Positions 62,845-64,000 of a stretch of 64,000 bases of DNA are shown in pieces; within the stretch, counting starts at the first letter, position 1, and each line of letters begins with the position of its first letter. Below the pieces are notes generated by a model. It saw nothing but the letters and a program-made list of their open reading frames with translations. It was not told the origin of the DNA and ran no database searches. Origin of the DNA: Podarcis filfolensis (taxonomy: Eukaryota); assembly GCA_964270895.1 (NCBI GenBank), contig OZ185436.1. One strand, given 5' to 3'. The position numbers and the translations under genes were made by a program.

Positions 62845-62985
62845 GGCAACCAGACAAACTGTGGTTAAATATAACTATGGTTTGATGAAACAAGCCAACT
62901 TCAAACCACAGTTTATGAGGCTGACTTATTTCAACTAACCATAGATAAAATAAACCACAGTTTAGGATTTGTGCAATAACTAAAC
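62845..62985. repeat. Palindromic MITE family D copy
   Basis: aaactgtggtt..aaccacagttt inverted ends with a central aacaagccaacttcaaacc. Confidence 0.6.
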
Positions 62986-63692
62986 TGTCAAGAAAGCGTA
63001 AGAAAATTCCCATCTCCTCCTCACAGTCGCACCAGAGAATGGGAGAACACATAAGCACAAAGCTCACTGAAACTTAATTCTCATAATACTGTAATCATGG
63101 ATAGGAAACCCAGGTGTGATGGAGGATGGCCACATGGTTCACTAGTCCTCCCCATTACACCTGTGATGCCATTTTCTCCAAACCACTACATTTGAACACA
63201 GCCCAAGGGTCAGTCAAGTAATTTAGCAAGCCTACAAAGTCACATTTAAAAGTATAGGATGTTTTAGCTCTTTAACGTATGCTCCCTGGGGAGGGGCACA
63301 TCAAAACCACCTTAATCTGTACTTAACCTGCACTCCTATCTGGAAAACAAAAAAGCAATACCAAAACACCTAAGTGGTTAAGATTGTATTTATTGCCCTT
63401 CTGGTTATCTCCCTGGATGGCCTATATTCGAGAAATAGTCTGAATACACAATATTGCTACCCCCCACTCTCTCCTCCTCTCTTTTCCTCTCCTCTATCAC
63501 ACTCTTCCCCCTACTGTGCATTCTCTGTGTGGGATTTAAATGGGCACACCCCTCACCCCCAGCCAGTTACTGGGCTAGCTGGTAAGCACATGATGCCTGT
63601 GCGTGAAGTCATCAGCATGTGCCAGCACCCACAGTCAGCCCAACCCACCCCTGGTTGGGAGCAAGGAGGGCCATCTCATACATGGTGTAGGG

Positions 63693-63919
63693 CAGGGGTC
63701 AGGAACCTTTTTCAGCCGTGGGCCGGTCCACCGTCCCTCAGACCATGTGGGGGGCTGGACTATTTGGGGGGACATGAACAAATTCCTATGCCCCAGAAAT
63801 AACCCCGAGATGCATTTTAAATTAAAGGACACATTCTACTCATGTAAAAACACGCTGATTCCCGGACCGTCCATGGGCCAGATTGAGAAGACCCACGGGC
63901 CTTAGGTTGCCTATCCCTG
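63693..63919. mobile_element. Non-autonomous hAT MITE, 227 bp
   Basis: TIRs CAGGGGTCAGGAACCT / CAGGGATAGGCAACCT (reverse complement of the right end). Subterminal gggccggtcc and gggcc motifs. TSD degraded (gtgtaggg vs gtcaggat). Confidence 0.8.
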
Positions 63920-64000
63920 GTCAGGATGATTCTCCAAAACAGAAACCCATCTTTCATGCATTTTTCTAAATATTTTATTTAAGGGGAAATAATGAACCAT

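Noticed and set aside
792-63905. The many 60-160 aa ORFs in the ORF track (e.g. 6567..6980, 11026..11451, 45416..45880, 52604..53092, 63374..63802)
   Set aside because: No recognisable domains, low-complexity or microsatellite-derived sequence, often overlapping TEs, and no coherent splice structure. This is the expected noise in vertebrate introns.

Overview
This is eukaryotic (vertebrate) DNA, almost certainly from a squamate reptile. It carries a near-intact Sauria SINE resembling the lacertid (Podarcis/Lacerta) type I recall, plus typical squamate L2/CR1 tails and MITEs. The whole window lies inside one minus-strand gene, Plexin-A1 (PLXNA1). Five consecutive coding exons (43830-43944, 28165-28365, 8874-8970, 7678-7868, 290-441; 756 nt) have GT-AG boundaries and matching phases, and join into the PSI2-IPT2-PSI3-IPT3 part of the ectodomain. 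The introns are long: 15.5, 19.2, 1.0 and 7.2 kb, plus more than 20 kb upstream in which I could not find the preceding exon. The main accessory feature is a full-length processed retrocopy of ATP23 (29455-30554, + strand, antisense to PLXNA1). It has a 5' UTR, two frameshifts, AATAAA, an A13 tail and a 15-bp target-site duplication, and it splits an older L2-like LINE tail. Other notable items are a compound set of overlapping long palindromes 133-315 nt into the intron after exon 28165-28365, several young hAT and Tc1/mariner MITEs with intact TIRs and TSDs, an internally deleted CR1, microsatellites, a 132-N assembly gap and a few enhancer-like motif clusters. I found no prokaryotic systems, CRISPR arrays, rRNA or genuine tRNA genes, and nothing I can support as a wholly new biological system. 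Family names and orthologue comparisons come from recalled sequences, not database searches.
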